Assembly (NCBI GenBank): GCA_963733195.1
Contig: CAVTCR010000005.1
Span: forward strand, 1 to 64,000
Length of the DNA stretch: 64,000 nucleotides
From: an uncultured delta proteobacterium
Lineage (GTDB): Bacteria > Desulfobacterota > Binatia > Bin18
Reading direction: 5' to 3'
Numbering within the stretch: the first letter of the stretch is position 1; every line of letters starts with the position of its first letter. Both the position numbers and the translations under genes were made by a program. Below the pieces are notes generated by a model that saw only the letters and a program-made list of their open reading frames with translations, ran no database searches and was not told the origin of the DNA. Shown piece by piece: positions 52,701 through 61,415 of the stretch.

Positions 52701-53389
52701 ATGGGTCCCGTATGAATGCCCACACGGACCTGTACAGACGAAACTGCAGCAATAGGCCAATAATCCAACCGCTGAACGGCGCGAACGATCTCCAAGCCTG
52801 CCTGTACTGCGCGTCGTGCGTCATCTTCATGTGCTCTGGGGTACCCCCAATAGATTATCAGTCCATCGCCGAGAGACTGCGCAAGGTATCCTTCGTAGCG
52901 GCCGATGATTTCCTCACAGGTTCGTTGTGCAACAAGCAATGCCTCATGCCAATCCTCTGGGTCTGGTTGCTCCTCTGTAGAAGGGGTTCTGCCGAGTTCA
53001 CAGAACATCACCGTAAGCTGACGGCGTTCGCCGTTGCTCTGTCCAGGGTCCAGGGCCCGGGGTCCAGAGTCTGAAAACTGTGAATCAGCAGGGTCTAGAG
53101 TCTGACGTCTAGTGTCTCTTGGGAGATGTAGAAAGTCCAAAGTCTGTGGGACTGTAGACTCTGGACTTTGGACTCTGGACTGAGATTCCCCATTTATCTC
53201 GTCCCTAATCCAAACAAGCACCTTCCCACCTTCATCCGCAGCGATACGTTGTGCGTCGATCAGCTCGGTCTTTATGTCATGCAGATAATCATCATCCAGG
53301 TCAAAGCGCCGCTTCAGCGCACCATAAGAGACGCGACCTTGGCGCTGGAGGAGCGCGATCACTTGAGAGAGAAGTTCGTCAAAGCGCAT
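49778..53389 (-). CDS. Class III cyclase-like + AAA ATPase + TPR protein (cyclase residues degenerate)
   Basis: Paralogue of the downstream gene but FCELGRTP and PQIAVHL; Walker A retained. Confidence 0.92.
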   Translation of the reverse strand: MRFDELLSQVIALLQRQGRVSYGALKRRFDLDDDYLHDIKTELIDAQRIAADEGGKVLVWIRDEINGESQSRVQSPESTVPQTLDFLHLPRDTRRQTLDPADSQFSDSGPRALDPGQSNGERRQLTVMFCELGRTPSTEEQPDPEDWHEALLVAQRTCEEIIGRYEGYLAQSLGDGLIIYWGYPRAHEDDARRAVQAGLEIVRAVQRLDYWPIAAVSSVQVRVGIHTGPMIFGATDDQSRREPLALGPTPQIAVHLLAIAEPNTVVLGAATYHLVAGYFTCRPLGLQVLQDQSEPVESYLVLSESGARHRLEAATMAGLTPFIGREEESNLLRKHWEQVQEGRGQVILVSGEAGIGKSRLIQELKEQLVREPSICIETRCSPYYQQSAFYPVIDYIQRSLQFGREETGEAKRQKLERVLARAHLEDAVPLFANLLSLPFPLGAYTNLAPQRQREKLLSVIVSWFLSLAKHKPVLTIWEDLHWADPSTLALLQLLMEQLPTARILAVFTFRPEFTLPWPPRSHVTSLMLGRLGFRHAEAMVENVAKGKTLPHEVTEQIVNRTDGVPLFVEELTKMVLESGLVKEEGEVYHLLGPLPPLAIPTTLQDSLFARLDRLAAAREIAQVGAVLGREFAPEVLHAVVGGDEQTLQLALEKLVAAEVLYRRGVAPRTRYVFKHALIQDAAYQSLLTGRRQQYHQQIARILEERFPDTKTMQPELIAHHYTEAGVAARALPAWQKAGQNAIEQSAFVEATKHLDKGLAVLKTLPETPARDQQELHLYALLGPTLMTLHGYSAPDVEKTYAQALELCHRVGETPRRFQVLSGLALFYLTRGELQTARQLGEQCLSLAQQEDNPSRLLQARVMLANVLFYQGDFLQAQEHLLQGMALQKGALPLSPPRTFHDPGVNALPSLLAWTLWCLGYADRAVQKSEEALALADRFGRPLSQVIADVFMCGVRILRREELVALPYAEQAVTLATEQGFSLWAAYGVILRGWALSQQANPEEGTVQIQQGLGVVRVMGAELVQSWFLLMLAETYGKGGKTSEGLAVIAEAFEGVQKRGEQAFAAELYRLKGELLLQKFQVPSSKFQVEDSPESKVQGPKSKEEDLKFKVQSSKFQNTDSRPLTPDPQTEAESCFHKAIEIARQQHAKSWELRATMSLCRLWQKQGKESEARKLLAESYRWFTEGFDTLDLQEAKTLLGELSH
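50005..50160. repeat. In-frame heptamer tandem repeats
   Basis: (CTTTGAA)3, CTTGAAA-CTTGGAA-CTTGGAA-CTTGAAA, encoding KFQVPSSKFQV...KFKVQSSKFQ. Confidence 0.85.
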
Positions 53390-53553
53390 ATGTCTTACAT
53401 CATTTTCTCATTGAATCATTTATTCATCGAATCATTGAAGCAATGCTTCGATCTCTCAATGGTTCAATTACGTCGGACATCTAGGTTGACTGATTCCGTC
53501 GTTGGGAAAAGAATGCCAGTCAGTCAAGAACTTGCAACAGGGGGGAGAACCCG

Positions 53554-54549
53554 ATGGCTAGGATTGGTGTCGCATTTGCAGGGGGGCTGTCGCCGTCAGA
53601 GATGGTCGAGTGCGTCAAACTGGCCGAAGATCTCGGCTATGAGTCGGCATGGATAGCCGAAGGGCATGGTGGCGACCAGTTTTCTATTCTCACGGCCTGT
53701 GCCGTGCAAACGAAACGTATCTTGTTAGGTACAAGCATCAGTAGCATCTTTGTTCGCAGTGCACCAACGATCGCGATGGCAGCGGCCAGCGTTGATTACT
53801 TCTCCAACCAACGCATGATCCTGGGCCTCGGTTCGAGTCATAAAGTGCAGGTCGAACCCGAGCATGGGATTGCGTATGCGAAGCCAGAGCAACGCATGAA
53901 AGAGACGGTTTCGATCATTCGCACGCTCCTACGGGACGGAGTCGTATCTCACAAAGGCGAAACGATTGCGATCGAGAATTTTGACTTGTGGTTTGCGCCG
54001 GTCCGCCGCGAAATCCCGATCTACATTTCGGCGGTGTTTCCCCGCATGTTGGAAATCTGTGGCGAACTCGCGCAAGGCGCGATGATGGTCTGGAGCACGA
54101 CTGATTCAGGAAACAAAGCAACGGAGCATGTCGCCACCGGCGCACGTCGAGTAGGCCGCCGCCCTGAAGATATCGATATTGTCTCGCTGTTGTCGTGTAG
54201 CGTTTCGGATAATCGCAAAGAGGCGATCGACCGGGTACGGCCTGCCGCCGCGTTCTACGCTGGCTTTTTTCCACGCTACAATCGCCTGATGGCCGAGAGC
54301 GGATTTCCTAAAGAAGCCGAAGCGATTCGTGCGACTTGGAAAAAAGGAGATCGCGAAGGTGCGGCAAAACTAGTTCCCGATGCCATGGTGCAAGCGTTAG
54401 GCATCGCCGGTACTGCGGCTGAATGCCGCGACCGAGTTGAGGCGTATCGTCAATCAGGGATTAAGCTGCCGATTATTTTCCCGGTCGGTGGTGGACCAGA
54501 TGGAAAACTAAAAGTGATGGACGCAATTCGAGCGTGTGCGCCAGCATAA
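53554..54549 (+). CDS. LLM-class flavin/F420-dependent oxidoreductase
   Basis: GYESAWIAE, ILGLGSSH. Confidence 0.9.
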   Translation: MARIGVAFAGGLSPSEMVECVKLAEDLGYESAWIAEGHGGDQFSILTACAVQTKRILLGTSISSIFVRSAPTIAMAAASVDYFSNQRMILGLGSSHKVQVEPEHGIAYAKPEQRMKETVSIIRTLLRDGVVSHKGETIAIENFDLWFAPVRREIPIYISAVFPRMLEICGELAQGAMMVWSTTDSGNKATEHVATGARRVGRRPEDIDIVSLLSCSVSDNRKEAIDRVRPAAAFYAGFFPRYNRLMAESGFPKEAEAIRATWKKGDREGAAKLVPDAMVQALGIAGTAAECRDRVEAYRQSGIKLPIIFPVGGGPDGKLKVMDAIRACAPA

Positions 54550-54554
54550 ACGAT

Positions 54555-54705
54555 AAATGCTGAATGAGGAACGAGGAATAAAGAAGAAAAGACAGAACAT
54601 CGAAAGAGAGTGAGCGTAGCAGTTTTTTTCTCTTACTCTTTACTTCTTCTCTTCTGACTGCTTTTCCCCCATTCATCATTCTGCATTCATCATTCATCAT
54701 TTTTT
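54555..54705. repeat. Intergenic inverted heptamer-repeat element
   Basis: GAATGAG/GAACGAG/GAATAAA units, then TTCATCA-TTCTGCA-TTCATCA-TTCATCA. Confidence 0.7.
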
Positions 54706-54718
54706 TAACGGAGGATGT

Positions 54719-55237
54719 ATGAAAAACGTACACGTTTCCAAAGCTGAGATGCTCAAACGTACGGCACGATTCAATGAGCTGCGGTCCAGTACCAAAGCGT
54801 TTATTGATAGTAAGATCCCTGGTCATGAACGCGAGATTTTCAACGTCATTGGCCGCGGGGTGACTGAAGATACGACGCTTAATCCTGCGATCACTGACGC
54901 TCGTGATTTCAACCTAACCTACATTCGTGCTGAGCCTGGCAAAGGTGCAGCCCTGCATGCGCACACGACGGTTGAGGTGTTTGTTGCGCTCTCTGGCGAG
55001 TGGGGAATTTATTGGGGTGATGATGGTGAACAAGAAATCATTCTTAAACAGTGGGATACGGTCTCAGTACCACCAGGAGTAATGCGCGGTTTCCGTAATG
55101 CGGGAAAAGAATCAGGCCTCCTGATGGCGATTCTCGGTGGCACTGACGCCGGGCATGTCAGTTGGACTCCCAAAGTACTTGAGCAAGCACGGGCAACCGG
55201 TTTGAAGCTTGATGAGCAGGGAAATTTGATACAGTAG
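54719..55237 (+). CDS. Cupin-domain protein
   Basis: GAALHAHTTVEVF, SVPPGVMRGF. Confidence 0.88.
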   Translation: MKNVHVSKAEMLKRTARFNELRSSTKAFIDSKIPGHEREIFNVIGRGVTEDTTLNPAITDARDFNLTYIRAEPGKGAALHAHTTVEVFVALSGEWGIYWGDDGEQEIILKQWDTVSVPPGVMRGFRNAGKESGLLMAILGGTDAGHVSWTPKVLEQARATGLKLDEQGNLIQ

Positions 55238-55415
55238 GTTTCTTCTCTGAGATGCTTTCGTAAGGGCACGGCACGCCGTGCCCTTTACTTCAATCCTAGA
55301 TCTCACCGAAGTTTATCCTACGTATCCGATCCATTCGTAAGGCAAAAAACGGAAACCCGGCAGGCGCAGCCTGGCCTACGACTCCGAGACTCTTTTCCAT
55401 TCATCATTTTTCCTC

Positions 55416-56084
55416 TCACACCATCTCTGCCCGTCCCCACAGGAATGCGAGTGCCGTTGCACCATTCTTACTTGTCACCGTGTGTGTGCAACCATTTGGT
55501 CGGTAACTGAGGTTACCCGTCGGTACTTCTCCTGCTTCGTCTGCATTTGCTCCTTCAAGCAGAAAGATGAGTTCGTCTCCAATATGACGGTGGAGTGGTA
55601 ACAACGCTCCCGGTTCGAATCGTCCTAACGTCGCTCGTCGTTGCCCGGCCTGATCTTCCCAGATAAGTTTCTGCCGAATTCCGGGGCGTGCTTCTTTCCA
55701 GGAAATATCACTGAGCGTGAATATTTGTGAACGGGGGGCGTTGCCAATCTCCTTCGTGGGCTCAACCCCGCCCGTAATGACCGCCAACACCGTTGCTCCG
55801 GTTTTGGTTGATACCGTATGCGCACATCCGTCGGGTCGATACCCCATATTTCCTGCTGTTACCGTTCCAGACTCATCCGACAATGTTCCTTCGATAACAT
55901 ACACCAGCTCATCACCCACATGCCGATGTAGTGGCAATTGCGCCCCTGGCTCAATCTTACTGATAAGCGCTCTGCGCTTGGTTGCCTCGTCAGCCCAGAG
56001 GTGCTTCATGCGGACACCGGGTTGCATCTCCTGCCATTCTCGGTCGTGGACGGTGATCAGTTGTGATAATGGACTCGTCGCCAT
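55416..56084 (-). CDS. Tandem ChrR-like cupin protein
   Basis: Two repeats of LPLHRH.GDEL...YRP.GC.HTV. Confidence 0.88.
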   Translation of the reverse strand: MATSPLSQLITVHDREWQEMQPGVRMKHLWADEATKRRALISKIEPGAQLPLHRHVGDELVYVIEGTLSDESGTVTAGNMGYRPDGCAHTVSTKTGATVLAVITGGVEPTKEIGNAPRSQIFTLSDISWKEARPGIRQKLIWEDQAGQRRATLGRFEPGALLPLHRHIGDELIFLLEGANADEAGEVPTGNLSYRPNGCTHTVTSKNGATALAFLWGRAEMV

Positions 56085-56314
56085 AGCGTGTCCCTCCTTT
56101 TATTCCGCCGTTCTTGTTCGGTGCTGGATTATGGAATTAGGATCAGGGTTTACATTAACATCTCTACACCCTTCGGCTTCATAATTGTCAAGTCCAATGT
56201 GTGATTGCAAGACCTGATCCCCGTACCCGTTCATTCCAAACCGCAAGCGGACGGCTACCCCGTCCCCGCGCGATGCATCCGTCTGCCCGCTTGACATCGG
56301 CGGCCTCATAAGTG

Positions 56315-56512
56315 TTAGGCCGCGACTTGCTCATAGGAAAAATAGGGAATGTCAGCACGATCACGCGCATGCTCGATGGTGAGGCCGCAAATGTTCCCGT
56401 CCTGGTCCAGGTCAAGCAGCGTGTTCTCATCAAGATCTTTGGTCTCGGCCACCTCAACCGTAAGAAACTCAATGTACAGCGTGTCGGTCTCTTGAAAATA
56501 TTTGATCTTCAC
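56315..56512 (-). CDS. DUF2283 family protein (antitoxin-like)
   Basis: KIKYFQETDTLYI...LLDLDQDGNICGLTIEHA; preceded by the C-terminal remnant TVHNAFFDRRFTP of a partner gene. Confidence 0.85.
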   Translation of the reverse strand: MKIKYFQETDTLYIEFLTVEVAETKDLDENTLLDLDQDGNICGLTIEHARDRADIPYFSYEQVAA

Positions 56513-56763
56513 GGCGTAAATCTCCGATCAAAGAAGGCATTGTGGACAGTGTCTTCGCCTCTTGCAAGTCTTCGTTATTGAGCCACGTGTTCATCGGGTC
56601 ATTGAGTTATCCTAACCCACAGGAAAGAGGCACCCCAGACCTCTCAGCGCTCAGCGCCGCCCCAAAGGAGCAGGCCCCTCCCAAAAGTATAAAAGTTGCG
56701 GTATCGTAGGGCCCTATTCAAGATAGAGTTCTACAGTTCCCCATGAGATAAGGGAGGTTCGAT

Positions 56764-58011
56764 ATGAAGATCTCAATGTTCCATCTGATGCCGTACCGCG
56801 ATCTGCCAGCGGACTTTGAGCAGCGGTATCACTCCGTGTGGGTCGATCCACCGTGGAATGAACTCGGTGACGCCAAGAAAGTCGGCCAGTATTACAACTG
56901 GACGCTCGACGAGCTCATCTACGCCGCGAAATCCGGGGTGGATGGTATCTGCGTCAACGAACATCACCAAAACGCCTATGGCTTCATGCCCAATCCCAAT
57001 CTCATGGGATCAGTGCTTGCCCGAGCGACCAACGGAATGGATGTCGCTATCGTGCAAATGGGCTCGACGTTGCCAACCACCAACCCACCGACCCGAGTCG
57101 CCGAAGAATACGGCATGATCGATACCATCAGTGGTGGTCGCCTCGTCGCTGGCATGCCGCTGGGCACCGCGATGGACGCGACGCTGTGTGCCGGCATCAC
57201 GCCCATCGAACAACGCGAGCGCTACTACGAAGCGCATGATCTGATCCTGAAAGCGTGGACCGCACCAGACATCTTTGCCTGGAATGGCAAGTATTTTCAG
57301 TTACCGATGGTCAACGTCTGGCCGCATCCGATTCAGAAACCACATCCGCCAGTATGGGTGCCTGGCCTCGGCAGTCTCAGTACCTGGGAATTCGCCGCCC
57401 AACATAATCACTGCTACTGCTTCCTGAACTATTATGGCCCGGTCGTTGGTAAAGGCGTAATGGATGGATTCTGGCAGTTCATCAACCAACGTGGCATCGA
57501 GCCTAATCCCTATCGTGCCGGTTTTCTCCAGCTCGTCGCTGTCGCTGAGACGGATGCGCTGGCAGAGAAACTCTACGAATCCCACATTCGCTACTTCTAT
57601 AACAAGTCGTTACATATTCCCGCTGAATACTTCTTCCCGCCTGGGCATCAAGACTATCGCAGTCTCGAAAACAGCATCCGCAAGGGGCTGCTCAAGAGTA
57701 CGTTCGAGCAGTTAGAAGCGATACCAAACTACAAGTTCAAAGATTTTGTCGATAAGCGCTTGGTAATCGCGGGGAGTCCCGCCACTGTGCGCGACATGCT
57801 TCGTCAGGGAGTCGAAGACTTGCGCGTCGGCAATCTGATGGTGTTGTTACAGATCGGCTCAATGCCGCACGATCTGACGCTAAAGAATATTGACCTCTTT
57901 ACCAAGGAAGTCATGCCGCACCTTCATGACATGTGGGACGACAAATGGGAAAACAAATGGTGGCCGGAAAGCCTGCGGGCTAAACGTCAAGTCTCACTGG
58001 CGGCTTTGTAA
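56764..58011 (+). CDS. LLM-class flavin-dependent monooxygenase
   Basis: NEHHQNAYG, PTRVAEEYGMID, PIQKPHPP. Confidence 0.92.
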   Translation: MKISMFHLMPYRDLPADFEQRYHSVWVDPPWNELGDAKKVGQYYNWTLDELIYAAKSGVDGICVNEHHQNAYGFMPNPNLMGSVLARATNGMDVAIVQMGSTLPTTNPPTRVAEEYGMIDTISGGRLVAGMPLGTAMDATLCAGITPIEQRERYYEAHDLILKAWTAPDIFAWNGKYFQLPMVNVWPHPIQKPHPPVWVPGLGSLSTWEFAAQHNHCYCFLNYYGPVVGKGVMDGFWQFINQRGIEPNPYRAGFLQLVAVAETDALAEKLYESHIRYFYNKSLHIPAEYFFPPGHQDYRSLENSIRKGLLKSTFEQLEAIPNYKFKDFVDKRLVIAGSPATVRDMLRQGVEDLRVGNLMVLLQIGSMPHDLTLKNIDLFTKEVMPHLHDMWDDKWENKWWPESLRAKRQVSLAAL

Positions 58012-58022
58012 GGAGAAGATGA

Positions 58023-58820
58023 ATGGCGGCAGTACAAGAACGGACAGTGAGTGTCTGGGAAAACAAGATCAAACCGAAGATCCAGGTCGCCGGTAGTGGC
58101 CCACCGGTCGTCTTTCTGCACGGTGCGTATGGGCTTACCTGGGACCCGTTCCTCGATGAATTAGCAAAAAACTTCACCGTGTATGCACCCGAACATCCAG
58201 GGACCACATGGGGCGATCCCGATGGTATCAAACCCTTGGATAACCTGTGGGACCTGGTGTTGTACTACGATGAACTGTTCGACCAACTCAAACTTGATTC
58301 ACCAGCAGTGATTGGTCATTCCTTCGGCGGGATGGTCGCGGCGGAGATCGCGGCATCGTACCCGCGTCGAGTGGGAAAGCTCGTGCTGCTCTGCCCGATT
58401 GGCTTGTGGCGCGATGACACGCCAGTGAAGAACTGGATGATCATGCCAATGGAAGAAGTCGTCAAGGCCGCGTTTTACGATCCCACAGGTCCGATTGCCA
58501 AACAGATGCTGACGCTCCCTGAAGAAGAGAAAGCCCAGCAGGATGCGCAGATTCGTATGACGTGGTCACTCGCCTGTACCGGGAAGTTCATCTGGCCGAT
58601 TCCCGATAAGGGACTGAAGAAACGTATCCATCGCATCAAATCGCCGACGCTGCTCGTGTGGGGCAAGCAGGATAAGCTGGTGCCGCCAGTGTATGCGCAA
58701 GAGTTCGCTAATCGTATTGCTGGCTCACGCATAGAGATGTTTGACCAAGCCGCGCATGTGCCACAGCTTGAGCAACTAGGCAAAGTCTCCGCTGTTGTAC
58801 GCGATTTCATCAAATCGTAA
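58023..58820 (+). CDS. Alpha/beta hydrolase coupled to the LLM gene
   Basis: GHSFGG, WGKQD, AAH. Confidence 0.9.
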   Translation: MAAVQERTVSVWENKIKPKIQVAGSGPPVVFLHGAYGLTWDPFLDELAKNFTVYAPEHPGTTWGDPDGIKPLDNLWDLVLYYDELFDQLKLDSPAVIGHSFGGMVAAEIAASYPRRVGKLVLLCPIGLWRDDTPVKNWMIMPMEEVVKAAFYDPTGPIAKQMLTLPEEEKAQQDAQIRMTWSLACTGKFIWPIPDKGLKKRIHRIKSPTLLVWGKQDKLVPPVYAQEFANRIAGSRIEMFDQAAHVPQLEQLGKVSAVVRDFIKS

Positions 58821-58923
58821 GTACGTCTCGTCGCGTGTCCACTTTCACCGCTCTGTCGTGTGCTACCAAGAGTAGCCGGGCAGAGCGGTCGCGTTTCTGT
58901 AGCCCTCTTAACGTGAGAAAAGA

Positions 58924-58965
58924 TGCGCCGTAAGAGATTCGGACTCCCGACCTATAGGTTCGTAG
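58924..58965 (-). repeat. Degenerate copy of the tRNA-Arg 3' half (att-like site)
   Basis: TGCGCCGTAAGAGATTCGGACTCCCGACCTATAGGTTCGTAG versus TGCGCCGTAAGGGATTCGAACCCCTGGCCTACAGGTTCGTAG at 62141. Confidence 0.85.
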
Positions 58966-59298
58966 GCCGTTCACAGACAGTGAGGAAAAAACGAGTGACA
59001 ACGGGAAGTTAAGTATAACTTCCCATCCTTCCTTGGAAAACGTGTTTTTTCCTATTGCTACTATTCGTTCCTATTTTTCTGGGTTATTCTTATTCCTTTA
59101 TTTCCGTTGGCAAATGGTTGGCAAACGAGAGAACTCATTGTGACAAGCCGAGGGGAGAGGTAAAGTAGCGGTCAGTAGAAGGGGCTAGGCCGTGGTTGAT
59201 CACTGTGGCTGAAGAACAGTTTGGGAATTATCCCTTTTCAAGCTGTGAAGAGAAAAGTCGTTCTCCCTTAAGTTTTCTCGTGTTCTCATGGGAGCCCT

Positions 59299-59484
59299 AT
59301 GGAAACTGTGCTCGCCTCAATGAGATTTTTGCTGTCTATCATTCTGATCATCGTTGGCGCGATTTGTATAGACAAAGGATTTGATTACAGAGGTAAGGAT
59401 CTCTCTGCGGTTCTCATCGTACTGACCGGAATGGCTATCCTGGGTACCGGATGCTGGATGGTATTGGTCTGGCTGACGCCCTAA
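59299..59484 (+). CDS. Small two-helix membrane protein
   Basis: GGAG RBS, two hydrophobic segments. Confidence 0.5.
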   Translation: METVLASMRFLLSIILIIVGAICIDKGFDYRGKDLSAVLIVLTGMAILGTGCWMVLVWLTP

Positions 59485-59630
59485 GGCAGCAGGCTAATAT
59501 CCAACTCGTCGGCAAAGAACAGCGCGACGCCAGCCTGCCCCTGCTCAAAGGCCAAGCGAATGCGCGCTAGTTTCTCCACCCGCTGGGGGTCCCCATCTTT
59601 AGCCACCAGCTTGGCCCACTTCCACCTTGG
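59481..59630 (-). pseudogene. IS630-family transposase fragment
   Basis: WKWAKLVAKDGDPQRVEKLARIR...FFADELDISLLP (first DDE Asp region). Confidence 0.7.
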
Positions 59631-59876
59631 ATCCCAAGAGAGAGACGTAATACGTTGCGACCCCATCCCACACTTGGAGGGCGAGATTCAGCGCTAGGAA
59701 CACTGCGATCCAAGAAGGAGAATATGACACGGGGGAGAGTTATGACGTATGCCGTTGGGTGTCGTCAAGGGGAAACGGGTCCCATTTTCCAGCGAAAAAA
59801 CAGACCCTTCCGTTGACGGATATCGCTTGACGGGCGGCTGCAGTCGGGCGCATAGTCCTTCCTACTGGAGACACCT

Positions 59877-60140
59877 ATGTTGGTTTCACTTCCTCTTGTG
59901 GTCTACCTCTTGGTCGCTAGTTTCTCGATGAATGTCCTTGCCTTCTTGCTCTATTGCCATGATCGGCAGAGTCCTGAGCTGCGGGTGACCGCTCTGGTCA
60001 TGTTGTCGGCGGGGGCGGCTTCCCTGGCCCTTGCCTCGCTGGTGTGGATGGAGATCAGCCTCGCGGCGAAGACGGCGGCTCAGGCACCCGCACAGGCGTA
60101 TGCAGAAAGCGCAGAAGGTGACTCAGGAGCGGAGCAGTGA
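59877..60140 (+). CDS. Small hypothetical membrane protein
   Basis: GGAG RBS, two hydrophobic segments. Confidence 0.55.
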   Translation: MLVSLPLVVYLLVASFSMNVLAFLLYCHDRQSPELRVTALVMLSAGAASLALASLVWMEISLAAKTAAQAPAQAYAESAEGDSGAEQ

Positions 60141-60172
60141 AACAGCGCGTGGGAGAGACTATGATGCCGCGC

Positions 60173-60370
60173 TTACTGCCACCCCGCTTGCACGGTGTGG
60201 ATCTTGCCGTCTTTGTAATACCGTCCTCCACACCGAGGACAGACTAATGCACGCCACGCGTCACGCTTGGGAATCGTAGTGTTAAGCGGCTGCAGCATCA
60301 CACCATCGTCCAACACCAGGTCTTCGACGCTCGCACGCGTGGTGAGGCACGAAGGACAGACACCCCCCAC
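60173..60370 (-). CDS. Small Zn-ribbon-like protein
   Basis: CPSC...CPRC; start uncertain. Confidence 0.4.
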   Translation of the reverse strand: MGGVCPSCLTTRASVEDLVLDDGVMLQPLNTTIPKRDAWRALVCPRCGGRYYKDGKIHTVQAGWQ

Positions 60371-60516
60371 AAAGCACGAGGTGTGATAAGCAAGACCGCC
60401 TCACATGGGTCTGACCTTTAACGCTCGCCAGAAGCCCAAGCTGAAAGGGTAAGGGGGTTCCATTTTACTTGCCTTTTCGGACCACGAAATTTCTTCCCTT
60501 TTAGGAAAGTCGCGGA

Positions 60517-60625
60517 GTCTAACGTTCGCCTCACGGGCCACTGGGCCAAACCGAGACCTTCAGCTGTGCACCTCAAACCGCAAACAGGCGGCGATCCCGC
60601 GCACGGCCTGTTTAGGCCGTTATGA
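60517..60625 (-). other. attC-like integron recombination site
   Basis: Minus strand TCATAAC...GTTAGAC with imperfect inner arms GCCTAAACAGGCC / GGCCCGTGAGGC, overlapping the stop of the upstream gene. Confidence 0.6.
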
Positions 60626-61295
60626 CGCCACCTAAAAAGGCTGGATAGGACTGGGAATGCGCCGCCGTGAGAGTAAATGCCGTCAACCCGTCAACGAACG
60701 CCTCGACAGCCTCGGTAAACGCAGCATCCATCGCAGCGTCATTGGGAAACGCCTCAAACGCCAGGGAGCAATAGGCCTGCCCAGCTACTTCCAGATCCGT
60801 CAACTCGAATCCGAGCCCACGATCAACAAAGATCTGCGTATCCACTTCTTGCGCTTTGCCAGTCAAAGTGTCTAGTCGCACCTTGCGCAACGCGCGAGTC
60901 TTCCGAACAGCGGCAGTCACCAGCCCCATCTCCTTTCCCGCCACAAATAGGCGTTGATACGAAGCGGGGGTGTTCGCGTACGACCACTTTATCCAGCGTT
61001 CGACCTTCCCCTGATGTCGACCGCAGAACACCTGTGTACCGAGGGAAGAGACACGCCCCTTAATTTGCAACTTGCCCTCACGCCACTTGATGCCCATATC
61101 GTCGCTGCCGGGCACCAGCAAGTAAATGTCAGGTTGGTCATCGAGCCGGCCCTTCCATACCGGCGGCCCCACACCGGGGCTTTTTTGCATGGGCGCTATG
61201 GTCTCAAACCACCGCTTTAATGATTCATGCTGATCGGCCTTTCCTTCGAAGAACCACCGAACCTCGTGACTAGCCAGCGGGATTGTCTTCGCCAT
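60612..61295 (-). CDS. CYTH-like hypothetical protein (gene cassette)
   Basis: HEVRWF, DIYL, GIKWREGKLQIK, ELT; AAGGAGG RBS immediately after an attC-like site. Confidence 0.7.
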   Translation of the reverse strand: MAKTIPLASHEVRWFFEGKADQHESLKRWFETIAPMQKSPGVGPPVWKGRLDDQPDIYLLVPGSDDMGIKWREGKLQIKGRVSSLGTQVFCGRHQGKVERWIKWSYANTPASYQRLFVAGKEMGLVTAAVRKTRALRKVRLDTLTGKAQEVDTQIFVDRGLGFELTDLEVAGQAYCSLAFEAFPNDAAMDAAFTEAVEAFVDGLTAFTLTAAHSQSYPAFLGGVITA

Positions 61296-61320
61296 CGTAT
61301 GATCCTCCTTCAGGTGATTG

Positions 61321-61408
61321 GTCTAACGATCTGGCATGGAGCTGCGCACCCACTGCCCTCGCGAGAATTCGCACGTCTCATGCACGGCAGCTCCACGCCT
61401 TGTTGGGC
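61321..61408 (-). other. attC-like integron recombination site
   Basis: Minus strand GCCCAAC-AAGGCGTGGAGCTGC...GCAGCTCCATGCC-AGATC-GTTAGAC, 7 bp after a stop codon. Confidence 0.75.
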
Positions 61409-61415
61409 GACCGTC

